From: Dehalococcoidia bacterium
Lineage (GTDB): Bacteria; Chloroflexota; Dehalococcoidia; Lucifugimonadales; UBA3495
NCBI GenBank assembly: GCA_965203975.1
Contig: CBDBDT010000001.1
Span: forward strand, 904,029 to 968,028
Length of the DNA: 64,000 bases
Reading direction: 5' to 3'
A program made the translations under genes and the position numbers. The notes below the pieces were generated by a model. That model was not told the DNA's origin. It worked only from the letters and a program-made list of their open reading frames with translations, and ran no database searches. Below, one piece after another: positions 1 to 8,513 of this stretch; the stretch's first letter is position 1; every line of letters begins with the position of its first letter.

Positions 1-840
1 GGTGTATTCCCCGTGAGTGAGGCAGATCCGCATCGCGCAGCGGCTGCATGGTCCGTACTGCTGTCTCTCGGTTTGGTGGAGGTTGAACCTGTCGTGAAAG
101 GGGTCCATGTACAGGAACCAGTTCCCCTGGATCTGGTCACAGTTAGTGCATACGTTGGCCAAATACTTGAAACCAACGGTTGCGCTCATGCGGCGTTCTA
201 GGTTTGCGCCGTTCTTTCTTACGAACTCGAGTTCCTCGCTGGTGAACTCATCCTGTTCGAGGGTTGACCCGTCGATGCTTCCGATGGCGACGTTCACATT
301 CTGACCGCAGTTCCAGCAGTCCTTAGTACTGACGATGATGGTCCTCATCGGCAGGGGAGTGAGACATTCCTGGCACTTCGGCCTCTGGCAGAGACGCGTG
401 TGGGCGTCGATCCTCAGGATTCCACTTTCCAGTTCCTTCAGTCTGGTCTTGATCGTGAGGGAGGCGTCGAGAGCTCTGTTCCTCCTTCTCCCGGTGAACT
501 CCCGATCAGCGTTGAGGTGGAACTCCACCACTTCGATGCCGTGTTCAAGGGCGTACTCGTGGACGTTGGTCTCGGGCTTGTGGGTGTCCACGACTTCGAT
601 GAACCGCAGGGGAACACCTTCGTGATCAAAGACTGAAAGGTCGGGCCTCACTGGCCCGACAGCTTGGTTCCTCTCGACGCTGGCTGCTCTTGCCATCAGG
701 TCGATGGTGAGTTCCTCATGGCATTCGTTGCACTGGGCGGTTGCCTCCAGGGTGCCGGCTAGATTCTCCCGGGCGTGCTTCTCCAAGATTCCCACGGCCT
801 GCTCGTGGGAACTTTCAGATCTATGTCTACTTCGGGGCAC
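1..840 (-). CDS. Putative nuclease, CoiA-like PD-(D/E)xK core plus multiple zinc ribbons (partial, C-terminus beyond left edge)
   Basis: Absent from the ORF track because it has no stop in the window. GTG at 840-838 lies 7 nt after AAGGAG (853-848). My translation is open for 280 codons to base 1. It contains RPDLSVFDHEGVPLRFIEVVDTHKPETNVHEYALEHGIEVVEF and the Cys pairs CNEC, CQRPKCQEC, CWNC, CTNC, CSRC. Confidence 0.6.
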   Translation of the reverse strand, partial: MPRSRHRSESSHEQAVGILEKHARENLAGTLEATAQCNECHEELTIDLMARAASVERNQAVGPVRPDLSVFDHEGVPLRFIEVVDTHKPETNVHEYALEHGIEVVEFHLNADREFTGRRRNRALDASLTIKTRLKELESGILRIDAHTRLCQRPKCQECLTPLPMRTIIVSTKDCWNCGQNVNVAIGSIDGSTLEQDEFTSEELEFVRKNGANLERRMSATVGFKYLANVCTNCDQIQGNWFLYMDPFHDRFNLHQTERQQYGPCSRCAMRICLTHGEYT

Positions 841-872
841 CTCTAGTCTCCTTCGCTGCCACACTTTTGTTT

Positions 873-2030
873 TCAGAGCAATTCCTCAATGGGTAGGAAC
901 CCTTGGTCCACCCACCAGTTTGGGGCCCGATTGCCTGGCATCAGGAGGTCTATTTCTTTGGCTTTCTGCCCTCCCCTTCCATGGTTATTGGAAACTCCCG
1001 GATGGGGAGCTGTAGTTTCCCGGGCAAACAGCTTCCGGCGTGGCCATGTTCCTCTCAAAGCTGAGATGCACATTTCGGAGGTTCGACCCCGGTGGTCACT
1101 ACGGACAAGTATCGCAGCTCCCTTTTTCAGGTGTCTCTTGGATTCTCGAAAGACTTCACTGATGAGCTGTTGGTAATCTGTTTGGTTCTCGAAGCGAGCT
1201 GATTTCCTCCAGTCCTTTCTGAACGGGTATCCTAGCATCCATAGCCTGATCCAGTGGTCGTTCCAGTAGTCTGTCACACCGCAGTAGGGTGGGGATGTGA
1301 GTAGCAGGCTGGCTCCAGCTTCGCCCTGAGCTTTTAGTTCCTGGCGCGAATCTCCCAGCAGGGCGGTCCCATGTGCTTGTTTTGGAATGCCGTGCTCATA
1401 ACGCCGCCGGATTTTGTCTTCCAACAAAGCCACTGGGTCCACGTCGGGAGGCCGCGAAAGCCCCTTGTCTGTCCACCAACCGACTGCGTAGCCGGGGGAG
1501 AACGCGATTGTAGGCGACATTGAGTTGGACAGGCCCGCCCCTTGCTTGTCCTGCATATGGAGCGCTATGAATGCCATCAGGGTGCGGTCCACACTGGAGT
1601 CCCGCCAGTCGAGTTCGCGGCGAGCCGATCTCAACAAAGCCCGGACCGCTGGGGACCATGCCATAACTTCAAACCGACAGCGCCCGCGTCGGTCGCTGGG
1701 ACGGCGGGCATTTGCTACTTCCGTGAGTCGGGTCACAACTTGGTCGGCCGTTGAGGCGGGGTGCAGCTTGACGGCGGCAAAGAGCCATGCGATCGGGTTT
1801 ATGTCGATTCCGAGAGCGGGTCTTCCCAAGACAGCGGCAGCATAAGGGCTGTTCCCTCTTCCGCAGAATGGATCAAGGACCAGCTCTCCTGAGCGGGTTA
1901 GATTGATAACTACGTCGCGAATGAACGCCTGCGGGAACATGGCGTAGTACCGACCGAGTCCGTACCAGCGGCCGATGGCAGTGTTCCTTGGCCATGGTTG
2001 GATAGGCTTGGGCTGGCTGGTTCGGTTCAT
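873..2030 (-). CDS. N6-adenine/N4-cytosine DNA methyltransferase
   Basis: SAM motif VLDPFCGRGNSPYAAAVLGRPALGIDINP and catalytic motif LLLTSPPYCGV. The start is taken at ATG 2030-2028, which forms an ATGA overlap with the stop of the upstream ORF. The track's longer N-terminus (to 2354) is R/P/G-rich low complexity. Confidence 0.85.
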   Translation of the reverse strand: MNRTSQPKPIQPWPRNTAIGRWYGLGRYYAMFPQAFIRDVVINLTRSGELVLDPFCGRGNSPYAAAVLGRPALGIDINPIAWLFAAVKLHPASTADQVVTRLTEVANARRPSDRRGRCRFEVMAWSPAVRALLRSARRELDWRDSSVDRTLMAFIALHMQDKQGAGLSNSMSPTIAFSPGYAVGWWTDKGLSRPPDVDPVALLEDKIRRRYEHGIPKQAHGTALLGDSRQELKAQGEAGASLLLTSPPYCGVTDYWNDHWIRLWMLGYPFRKDWRKSARFENQTDYQQLISEVFRESKRHLKKGAAILVRSDHRGRTSEMCISALRGTWPRRKLFARETTAPHPGVSNNHGRGGQKAKEIDLLMPGNRAPNWWVDQGFLPIEELL

Positions 2031-2350
2031 GGTGCAAGGCTTCGGATCAAGTCCGTACCTGCGCGGAGGGGGATCGCGGCCTGACTGTGCGCACGTCGGA
2101 GCGCTAGGAATTGGTCTGTACCCACCCCTAATGGTCCGGCCGTGTTCACTGCCGCTCCTAGCACGATGGGCTCTGCCGCGTTGGTGAGAGGTGGTTCTGC
2201 CTCCGGTTGGGCGATGTTCAGGACCAGTCGCTGGCCGGCTTTCGTCTTCATCACCATCGGTCGTCCATAGTGCGTCAGTTCTCCCCATGGCTTTGGGCTG
2301 CGCGAGTGACGGGCCACTATGTTGGCTCGAATGTAATCGTTGTCTGGCAA
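2027..2350 (-). CDS. Hypothetical 107-aa protein (possibly a C-terminal extension of NurA)
   Basis: Its stop overlaps the methyltransferase start (ATGA at 2030-2027). It is in the same reading frame as the NurA-like gene, separated only by TAG 2395-2393 and 14 sense codons. It has a TTG start and no clear RBS. Confidence 0.45.
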   Translation of the reverse strand: MPDNDYIRANIVARHSRSPKPWGELTHYGRPMVMKTKAGQRLVLNIAQPEAEPPLTNAAEPIVLGAAVNTAGPLGVGTDQFLALRRAHSQAAIPLRAGTDLIRSLAP

Positions 2351-2392
2351 CCACAGGTGATCGTTTGGGATATGTAGACCAGGTGCTGGGGC

Positions 2393-3340
2393 CTAGTCTA
2401 GCTCCTCGGCGTGGTTCACGAATGGCCCCGTTTTCACACCTGACATTACCAGTAGTAATGCCCCGGGATGTTTTTCATTGAGCGCGTTTTGGATGTTTTG
2501 AAGTTCCTTGCGAACGGCCTGTGCGAGTACTGCTACCGTTCCGAATGCCGCGAGCTGTCCGTCCATCACGAATGCAGTGTTGCCGATAGCTACTCGGCCT
2601 TGCTCAGATTGGACGAGGTACCGTAGGCTGTTCACCAAGGCCAGAATTTCCAGCGTGTCTCTGACCCGGCTGTGGCACTCTGCTGGGGAAGTGTTTTCCA
2701 AGAACTGGGTGTGGATCCGGAGGCCGTCTGTGGGTAGGACTTCGACACCGCATGCTGGGCAGTGATCTACTTGCCCAGGGTCAGGCATGCTCAGATTTTT
2801 TGTTGAGCAATCTGGATTCGGGCAGTCGTCGACTCTGTGGTGGGGACCAAGCAGGTGGTGCAGGGTTTCGGCGAAGGTTTCTCCTCCAACGCTTGCCTTT
2901 TCGAGTTCGCTGTTGAAGATTTCTCTGAACCAGGTTCTGGGATCTGTACCGTCTTTTTTCCCGGCGTTCATGCCTGGGAGTATCATGCCCAAGCTTTCGC
3001 CTTTCTCGGTTTCTCGCAGTAACCTCGGGCTGACTGCGCCGCTCTCTGGAAGGCGTTGTAGCGTTTCCAGCTTCTTCAGATCCATTACCACTACTCCCAG
3101 GGAGACCAAGCCGGCTTCCGTGGATGGAAGCGCCCCTGGGATCGGCTCGTAGATATTTGACCCGTCTATAGCTAGTATGTGAGTTCGCGATGTTCCTGCG
3201 GGGCAGGGTTGGAATGGAGGCAGGGGCAGGGGTTGCCCACTGTGCCTCTCTTGGAGTTCAGCGCGGAACGTCTCCACTACCCCGCTTTCGGCAATGGCCC
3301 GGATGGCTGCTAGCCCGGCGCGTTCGTCTTCGTACGGCAT
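2393..3340 (-). CDS. nurA: NurA-like nuclease with inserted zinc ribbon
   Basis: N-terminal ILAIDGSNIY and C-terminal AFVMDGQLAAFG resemble the NurA acidic motifs. It has a CPNPDCS...CPACG ribbon and starts 6 nt after the HerA-like stop. Confidence 0.65.
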   Translation of the reverse strand: MPYEDERAGLAAIRAIAESGVVETFRAELQERHSGQPLPLPPFQPCPAGTSRTHILAIDGSNIYEPIPGALPSTEAGLVSLGVVVMDLKKLETLQRLPESGAVSPRLLRETEKGESLGMILPGMNAGKKDGTDPRTWFREIFNSELEKASVGGETFAETLHHLLGPHHRVDDCPNPDCSTKNLSMPDPGQVDHCPACGVEVLPTDGLRIHTQFLENTSPAECHSRVRDTLEILALVNSLRYLVQSEQGRVAIGNTAFVMDGQLAAFGTVAVLAQAVRKELQNIQNALNEKHPGALLLVMSGVKTGPFVNHAEELD

Positions 3341-3346
3341 AGTGCT

Positions 3347-5575
3347 TCACAGCAACGGATGTTGGTTTGTGCGGTGATCGTTCTCTTCCATGGTCTCGCC
3401 ATTGTTGGGCGTGCTTGGGTCTTGGGCATCTTCAATGGCGAACTTGTCCAGTTGGACCGGCACTGTATACGCCTGGGACAGGGTTCTGATTCGGACGAAT
3501 CCCTGCTCGCTGACCTTGCCGATCTGGTCTGTGAAGTCGGCGAAGTCCATGTAGTCCGCCACGAACCGTCTCTCAGTGTTCGAGTTGAGGTAGGAAAGCA
3601 CCCAGTTGTCGGTTTCGGTAAGGATTTCTCGCATAACGGTACTGGGTGCCTGTGTTGCCAGTACCATCCCGATGTTGTATTTGCTGCCTTCCTTCGCCGT
3701 CTTCGCCCACACAGTTTGCAAAGCGTTCCGGGCGTTGGCGTTTGGCAACAGATTGTGAGCTTCCTCGATGTAAACGACGATGTGTCCTTCCGTCGCTTGG
3801 GACTCGTCGGGAGGCTTTGATGGATCATGTCGAGCAAGAGCGCTCCTGAACTTGGCCTGTTGGGACTGGAAGATGCGCCACATGACCCGCTCGGCCGCAG
3901 CTTGGTTTTGCTCCGGCTCTCCTGCTGACTGGTCAATGATGACTAGCTTGCCCTTCTCCAGGTCTTCGACTACGGCTTTGGCAAAGTCGTTCTCGGCTTC
4001 GGGATCGTGTTGCTCGTGCGCGATTTGGAATACCCGTGGACCGTTTGGTGTCCTAAAGATGCTGATTACCGCTTTCAACCGTTGGTCTGCCCAGGGTTCT
4101 CCACTTCCCTTCGGTCGGCTGATGTAAGCGTTCTCGAACGCTTGGTACGCCCCCCTGTTGTCCCTGACGAATTTGTCCAATGCGGTGAACACGGTTTGGA
4201 GCTGTGCCCAAGTGATTCTTCCTTGGGGTTCGTTCGCTCGCTTCAGAATCTCAGCCGCCTGATGGTACTCGGTTCTATTGTCGCTGTGCTCATTTTGGTC
4301 AAGGTCTAAGTGTTTGGTGATTTCTGGCCCGAGAAGGCTCCCTGTTCCACCCACGATCCTAAGTGATGGTTCACGAGGGGGGCGTAGCCCGGCGGCGGCG
4401 AGGGCGGTCTGGTATGCGAGAATCGTCCTTTGGTATCGTACCTGCGCCCCACGGCTGCCCGTGATGTTCTGCGGAACCGATATGTCGGCGTCACGGAATG
4501 CTGTGGTGTAGCGGTCTGTCTCTGCCTCCATGATGTTGTTGATGATCGCCCGGCCAGCCGTCAACTGTTCCAGTACAGCCTCAACTGATTCGAGCGTCAG
4601 TGGTGTCTGGAATGGGTCCCCGAAAAAGTTGAGCTTCATTACTTTGCGTTGTTTATCCCAATCTGGGGGCGGGAGTAAACCGTAAGTGGTTACTTCTGGA
4701 CCCCTAGGCAATCCTATGGTTTCGTGGACTCGATGCAGTCCCTTGCCGTCTTGGTAGGTATCCTGAGCGTATTCGCCGCTGAGGTCGAAGATGACCTGCC
4801 CCACTCGATGTTTGGGGTTGTCCTTGCGAATCTGGTAAATTAGCTCCGCTACAATTTTGAGGCCGTTAGATTTGCCGGAGCGCGACATGCCGAAGTAGGC
4901 GGTACGCCTTTTCAGGATATCTGTCGGGTTGATCCGGAAGTCCGCCCTTGTAACTCCGTCGGGGTCTGCAGCTGCGAACCTGGTGCGGCCTATTTTGGCC
5001 TCTTTCCGGGCGACCGGGATGTCGTTGGTTCGATGTTGGTGATTGACGATTAAGTCCAGCGACTCGGCATCTGGTTTCCACACCATCAGTTCATTGACGG
5101 CATAGTAGTTGGCGATGTCCTCAGCGTAGCGATATGTGCCGTCGTCTCTGGCGATGAAAGTGCCGAGCACCGAGCATTCCAGTCCGTGCAAGGACATTTT
5201 GTCTCTCACCCAATCCGGAAGTCGGTCTGCCCAGGGGCCTTGGTTTCCCGAGTCCTCTATGCTCTCTTGTCGGGTCTGGTCGTTAGCAGCCGCGGCGGGA
5301 AGGCGGGCTTCGCTTTGGATTCTGAGCAGGATGAACGACTCATCCCCTTCCTGGTTAACCTTGGCTGCCATCAGGAATCCATTCTTGGGCAGACCACCCG
5401 CCTGCTCACGGTCGTGGTCGTACACTGCAACAATAGCGTTGGTGTATGAAATGGTGTATACACTGCCGACGAATTTTGCCCGTTCACGGAACGGAGTTCG
5501 CCTGGGTTGTCCAGCACTTTGCTTCAATGATTCCAACAGGGAGGAGTTTTCCTCTGCAGATGTTCCCAGAACCAT
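3347..5575 (-). CDS. herA: HerA/FtsK-superfamily ATPase (DUF87-type)
   Basis: 742 aa with Walker A FGMSRSGKSNG and Walker B-like IVVYIEEAHNLLP. An N-terminal barrel-like segment reads GSVYTISYTNAIVAVYD. The ATQAPS motif is present, and AGGAG lies 10 nt upstream of the ATG. Confidence 0.85.
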   Translation of the reverse strand: MVLGTSAEENSSLLESLKQSAGQPRRTPFRERAKFVGSVYTISYTNAIVAVYDHDREQAGGLPKNGFLMAAKVNQEGDESFILLRIQSEARLPAAAANDQTRQESIEDSGNQGPWADRLPDWVRDKMSLHGLECSVLGTFIARDDGTYRYAEDIANYYAVNELMVWKPDAESLDLIVNHQHRTNDIPVARKEAKIGRTRFAAADPDGVTRADFRINPTDILKRRTAYFGMSRSGKSNGLKIVAELIYQIRKDNPKHRVGQVIFDLSGEYAQDTYQDGKGLHRVHETIGLPRGPEVTTYGLLPPPDWDKQRKVMKLNFFGDPFQTPLTLESVEAVLEQLTAGRAIINNIMEAETDRYTTAFRDADISVPQNITGSRGAQVRYQRTILAYQTALAAAGLRPPREPSLRIVGGTGSLLGPEITKHLDLDQNEHSDNRTEYHQAAEILKRANEPQGRITWAQLQTVFTALDKFVRDNRGAYQAFENAYISRPKGSGEPWADQRLKAVISIFRTPNGPRVFQIAHEQHDPEAENDFAKAVVEDLEKGKLVIIDQSAGEPEQNQAAAERVMWRIFQSQQAKFRSALARHDPSKPPDESQATEGHIVVYIEEAHNLLPNANARNALQTVWAKTAKEGSKYNIGMVLATQAPSTVMREILTETDNWVLSYLNSNTERRFVADYMDFADFTDQIGKVSEQGFVRIRTLSQAYTVPVQLDKFAIEDAQDPSTPNNGETMEENDHRTNQHPLL

Positions 5576-5976
5576 GATGGTCTAACTCCTGAGGTTTGGT
5601 TGCTGGAAGTATAGCAAAGGCGGACTCCCTCTTTGTTGGTTTGTTCAGGAAGGGGCTCCTGAGGGGTCTATGAGTCCATTCACAGAGCTTGACCTGCCCG
5701 TCCCGGGTGGGGGGCAATGCCCTTGGGAAATTGGTATAGTTTAACTACCATCCCGGCCACTGGAGAACTCCCTCCGCAGGCCGGGATTTTCATTGAGGAG
5801 GCTGGTGAAGATCGACCGTCCGGCACTTTCCGGCAACGCCGGAGGACCCTCTGAGGAGTTTGGACGGATGTGACGGAAACCGTAAGCGTGAGCCGGGTTT
5901 GTGAAGAAAACCAGCGTGAAAAATCACCCGAATGGTTGAGTCATGAGTCGGGTTTTGGTACGCTTGTTCGAGAAAA

Positions 5977-6876
5977 TTGAATATGAGGGGAGGGGGAGGC
6001 CGCAAGAGCTGGCACTCGAGCGGCCCGGACCGAGACACCCCGGAGCGGAGAGCAATCAAGGTGTCAACTTCCACCATATCAGGCGGCGATTACGCGCCGC
6101 AACATCGTAATGGTCTGCCCGAGCTTCTGGCGAGCTTGGATCAGCCCGCCCTGGAAGCCTACATGGCGGTCCCCGTCCCGTTGGACGGCGGGGGCGCCGC
6201 TTTGCCCCCCGGCCCGGCAGCGGCGCCGGCCTACAACCTGGAGGCCCTCCGGCTTCTGGTAGACGAACTCTGGCCTCCCCGTCCGCCCAGGTCGGGGATC
6301 CGTGGCCGTCCGCCGGTCCATCGGCTTCCAGTCGTCTGCGCACTCCTGCGGGTCTGCGACCCTTCCAGCGGGGTCGTGTACAACCTCCTGGCCGAGCACG
6401 ACAGGCTCAAGTCGGATGAGGACTACCGTCGGCAGTCCGGCTTCCTAAACCGACTCCCCTCGAGATCTGTGTTCACCAAGACCCACGACGTGATGGTGGA
6501 GTACTGGTCCCGGTTCCGGGATTGCCAGATCAGGTTGCCCGGTCCTGCAGATGGCAACGGTTCCGGCCAAGCGAGCTTCGGCGAGCAGTTGCAGCTCTTG
6601 GACTGGAACGGGAATCTCCCGCCGTTGCTCGACCTGAATGGAAGCCGCCGGTTCCCGGCCGTTTCGCAGCGGACAAACGGGGCTTCCGCGTCGGTGCCTG
6701 GCCCCGGTCCCTGTTCCCGTGGGTCCGTCGGCTATTGGCCGTCCTACAACGATGCCCGGGTACACGAGGCCGGAGACGTGATGGCTTTGCTGGGCGGTTT
6801 GGGCGATATCGTGAACCTGCTTGAGTGCGAGAATCTCCCGCCCAGGGGGAGGGGCAGGCCCAGGACTCCCCTATGA
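5977..6876 (+). pseudogene. Transposase-like ORF (IS5/DUF772-type N-terminal region), probably truncated
   Basis: GIRGRPPVHRLPVVCALLRVCDPSSGVVYNLLAEHDRLKSDEDYRRQSGF resembles the InsH/DUF772 N-terminal domain. I could not recognise a DDE core. The ORF runs straight into the acetyl-CoA synthetase remnant. Confidence 0.35.
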
Positions 6877-7198
6877 CACCCAGCTGGGGCCGGTGGTGCT
6901 CTTCGGGACCGGCGGAGTGATGGTGGAAGTCTACAACGACGTGGCGGTGCGGCACTGCCCAATCACAAAGACGGAAGCCCTGGAGATGGTCCACCAAGTC
7001 AAGGGAGTCAAGCTTCTGCAAGGTTTCCGGGGCGCCCCGGAAGCGGACATTGACGCGCTGGCGGACACCCTGGTGCAGGTCTCCCAAATGGCGGTTAACC
7101 TGGAGGGGAAACTGTCGGAGCTGGACATCAACCCCCTGATGGTGCTGCCCAAGGGTCAGGGAGTGAAGGTGGCCGACGCCCTGGCTGTGCTCCAGTAG
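6866..7198 (+). pseudogene. C-terminal remnant of ADP-forming acetyl-CoA synthetase / acyl-CoA synthetase (ATP-grasp part)
   Basis: YDTQLGPVVLFGTGGVMVEVYNDVAVRHCPITKTEALEMV...LLQGFRGAPEADIDAL...LSELDINPLMVL matches only the last ~110 aa of this ~700-aa family. No upstream part is present. Confidence 0.7.
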
Positions 7199-7268
7199 GG
7201 AACGCCTCCCAAGGCCAGCGGAACCGAAGGGAGCGCCGTCAACCGGCACTCCTGTGGCCTGTTGACAT

Positions 7269-7652
7269 TCAGGCCTTTGCTGTAAAGGGCTCCAGCACTG
7301 CCAGGAGTTCCGCCATGCTGGTCAGGTCCTCCCTGATAGCCTCCGGGTCCAGGTCGCCGGCCAGCTCGTAGAAGTTTACGTGCAGGATCTCCGCCCGCCC
7401 ATGCAGGAATGGAAGGCGGTCGTTGCCGCTCAGCCGGCGGGCCTGGTTCATCACCCGGTGGAAGTGGCTGTGCCGGTCGTACTCCCAGCCCTGGACGAGA
7501 GCCACGGCCTTGGCCATGTGGGCGGCCGCGCCCCAGCCCTTCTCGGATGCCTGATGCAGGTCTCCGTCGGCCAGGTGCTGGCCGGCCCTGTCGAGGAACT
7601 CTCGTGCCTGGGTTGTGTGCCTGGCCGCTTCGGTGCTGTTTCCGTTGACCAT
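7269..7652 (-). CDS. PaREP1/HEPN-like helical protein
   Basis: 127 aa. AREFLDRAGQHLADGDLHQASEKGWGAAAHMAKAVA...LHVNFYE resembles the PaREP1/HEPN-like pattern (EK-WGA...KA, LH..FYE). Confidence 0.5.
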   Translation of the reverse strand: MVNGNSTEAARHTTQAREFLDRAGQHLADGDLHQASEKGWGAAAHMAKAVALVQGWEYDRHSHFHRVMNQARRLSGNDRLPFLHGRAEILHVNFYELAGDLDPEAIREDLTSMAELLAVLEPFTAKA

Positions 7653-7696
7653 ATCCTTCTATTGGCCGCTCTTGGCCCGCATGTCAACCGGCGCTC

Positions 7697-8095
7697 CTAG
7701 TCTTTTTCCTGGAGGACCTCGCCGGAAAGGGCGGTCACCCGGTCGACGTGGACCAGGACAGCGGCTCCGGTGCGTTCCGGGTCCCGGTCGAGTTCGCCCT
7801 GAACGGTGCGGGACATGACATTCTCGCGGACCGGGCCGCTCTCGACGACCTCGGCGGTCCCGTGGAACCGCCAGTTAATGCGGCGTTCCGGGTTCCGGTA
7901 GAACACGACAACCTGGGGATTGTCGGTCACGTTTTCCATGGCCGAGCGGCGGGCGCGTTCCCAGTAAGCCAGGGTGGTCGGGTCATATACCAGGACGCTG
8001 CCCTTCATGCTTATCTGGGGCCGCCCCTCGCCGGAGGCGGTGCCCACGATACAGCAGCAGCCATCGGCGAGGGCATTGTCCAACAGTTCCTGCAT
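7697..8095 (-). CDS. Pyridoxamine 5'-phosphate oxidase-family (FMN-binding split barrel) protein
   Basis: The start is moved to ATG 8095-8093 (GGAG upstream). MQELLDNALADGCCCIVGTASGEGRPQISMKGSVLVYD...VVVFYRNPERRINWRFHGTAEVV is typical of the family. The track's upstream extension is low complexity. Confidence 0.75.
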   Translation of the reverse strand: MQELLDNALADGCCCIVGTASGEGRPQISMKGSVLVYDPTTLAYWERARRSAMENVTDNPQVVVFYRNPERRINWRFHGTAEVVESGPVRENVMSRTVQGELDRDPERTGAAVLVHVDRVTALSGEVLQEKD

Positions 8096-8125
8096 TTCTC
8101 CGCTTATGTCAATCAATGTTCCCCC

Positions 8126-8209
8126 GGGCTTTGCACCAAAGCTCAAGCCTGAACCAAAAGTATGATTCAACTTCGAAGTTGAACCAGAACTAGGTGTTGA
8201 ACCAAAAGT
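8126..8209 (+). repeat. Left terminal inverted repeat with subterminal TGAAYCA motif array
   Basis: Terminal 15-mer. 20-mer TGAACCAAAAGTATGATTCA at 8150-8169. Perfect 18-bp palindrome TTCAACTTCGAAGTTGAA at 8166-8183. Further half-sites at 8180-8190 and 8198-8209. Confidence 0.6.
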
Positions 8210-8513
8210 CGGCCTGGTTGGGGCGATAATAGCAGAGATGAAGGCATGGAAGAAGCCCGTCCTGGATGGCAGGACGGGCCAGGTTTTTGTGTGGCATGTG
8301 GTGGGTTCTCTCCCAGGGAGGAGCATTACAATCGCGGTGAGGCTATCCGGAGGTGGTTGACCGATGGAATAAGCTGAGTGGAGCTACGAGGCTCTGCAAG
8401 TTAAACCGGGCGTCAGATTGCTCCTGACGCCCGGTTGGCTTTTGGGGTCTGAAGAGAACTGCCCGGCCGATGCCGGGCAGTTTTCAATTGACAAGAGCTG
8501 TATGAAGAACATC

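Noticed and set aside
2031-2354. Long N-terminal extension of the methyltransferase ORF (the track gives 873-2354, 493 aa).
   Set aside because: The extra 108 residues are R/P/G/H-rich low complexity. They are overlapped by a more protein-like ORF in another frame, whose stop forms an ATGA junction with the internal ATG at 2030.
5790-6077. 95-aa minus-strand ORF in the intergenic region right of herA.
   Set aside because: It has no RBS and no motif. It overlaps the start of the transposase-like ORF and is probably noise.
6530-7249. 239-aa minus-strand ORF covering the transposase fragment and the acetyl-CoA synthetase remnant.
   Set aside because: Its composition is low-complexity and R/G/H-rich. 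The opposite strand carries a clearly recognisable, though truncated, acetyl-CoA synthetase C-terminus.
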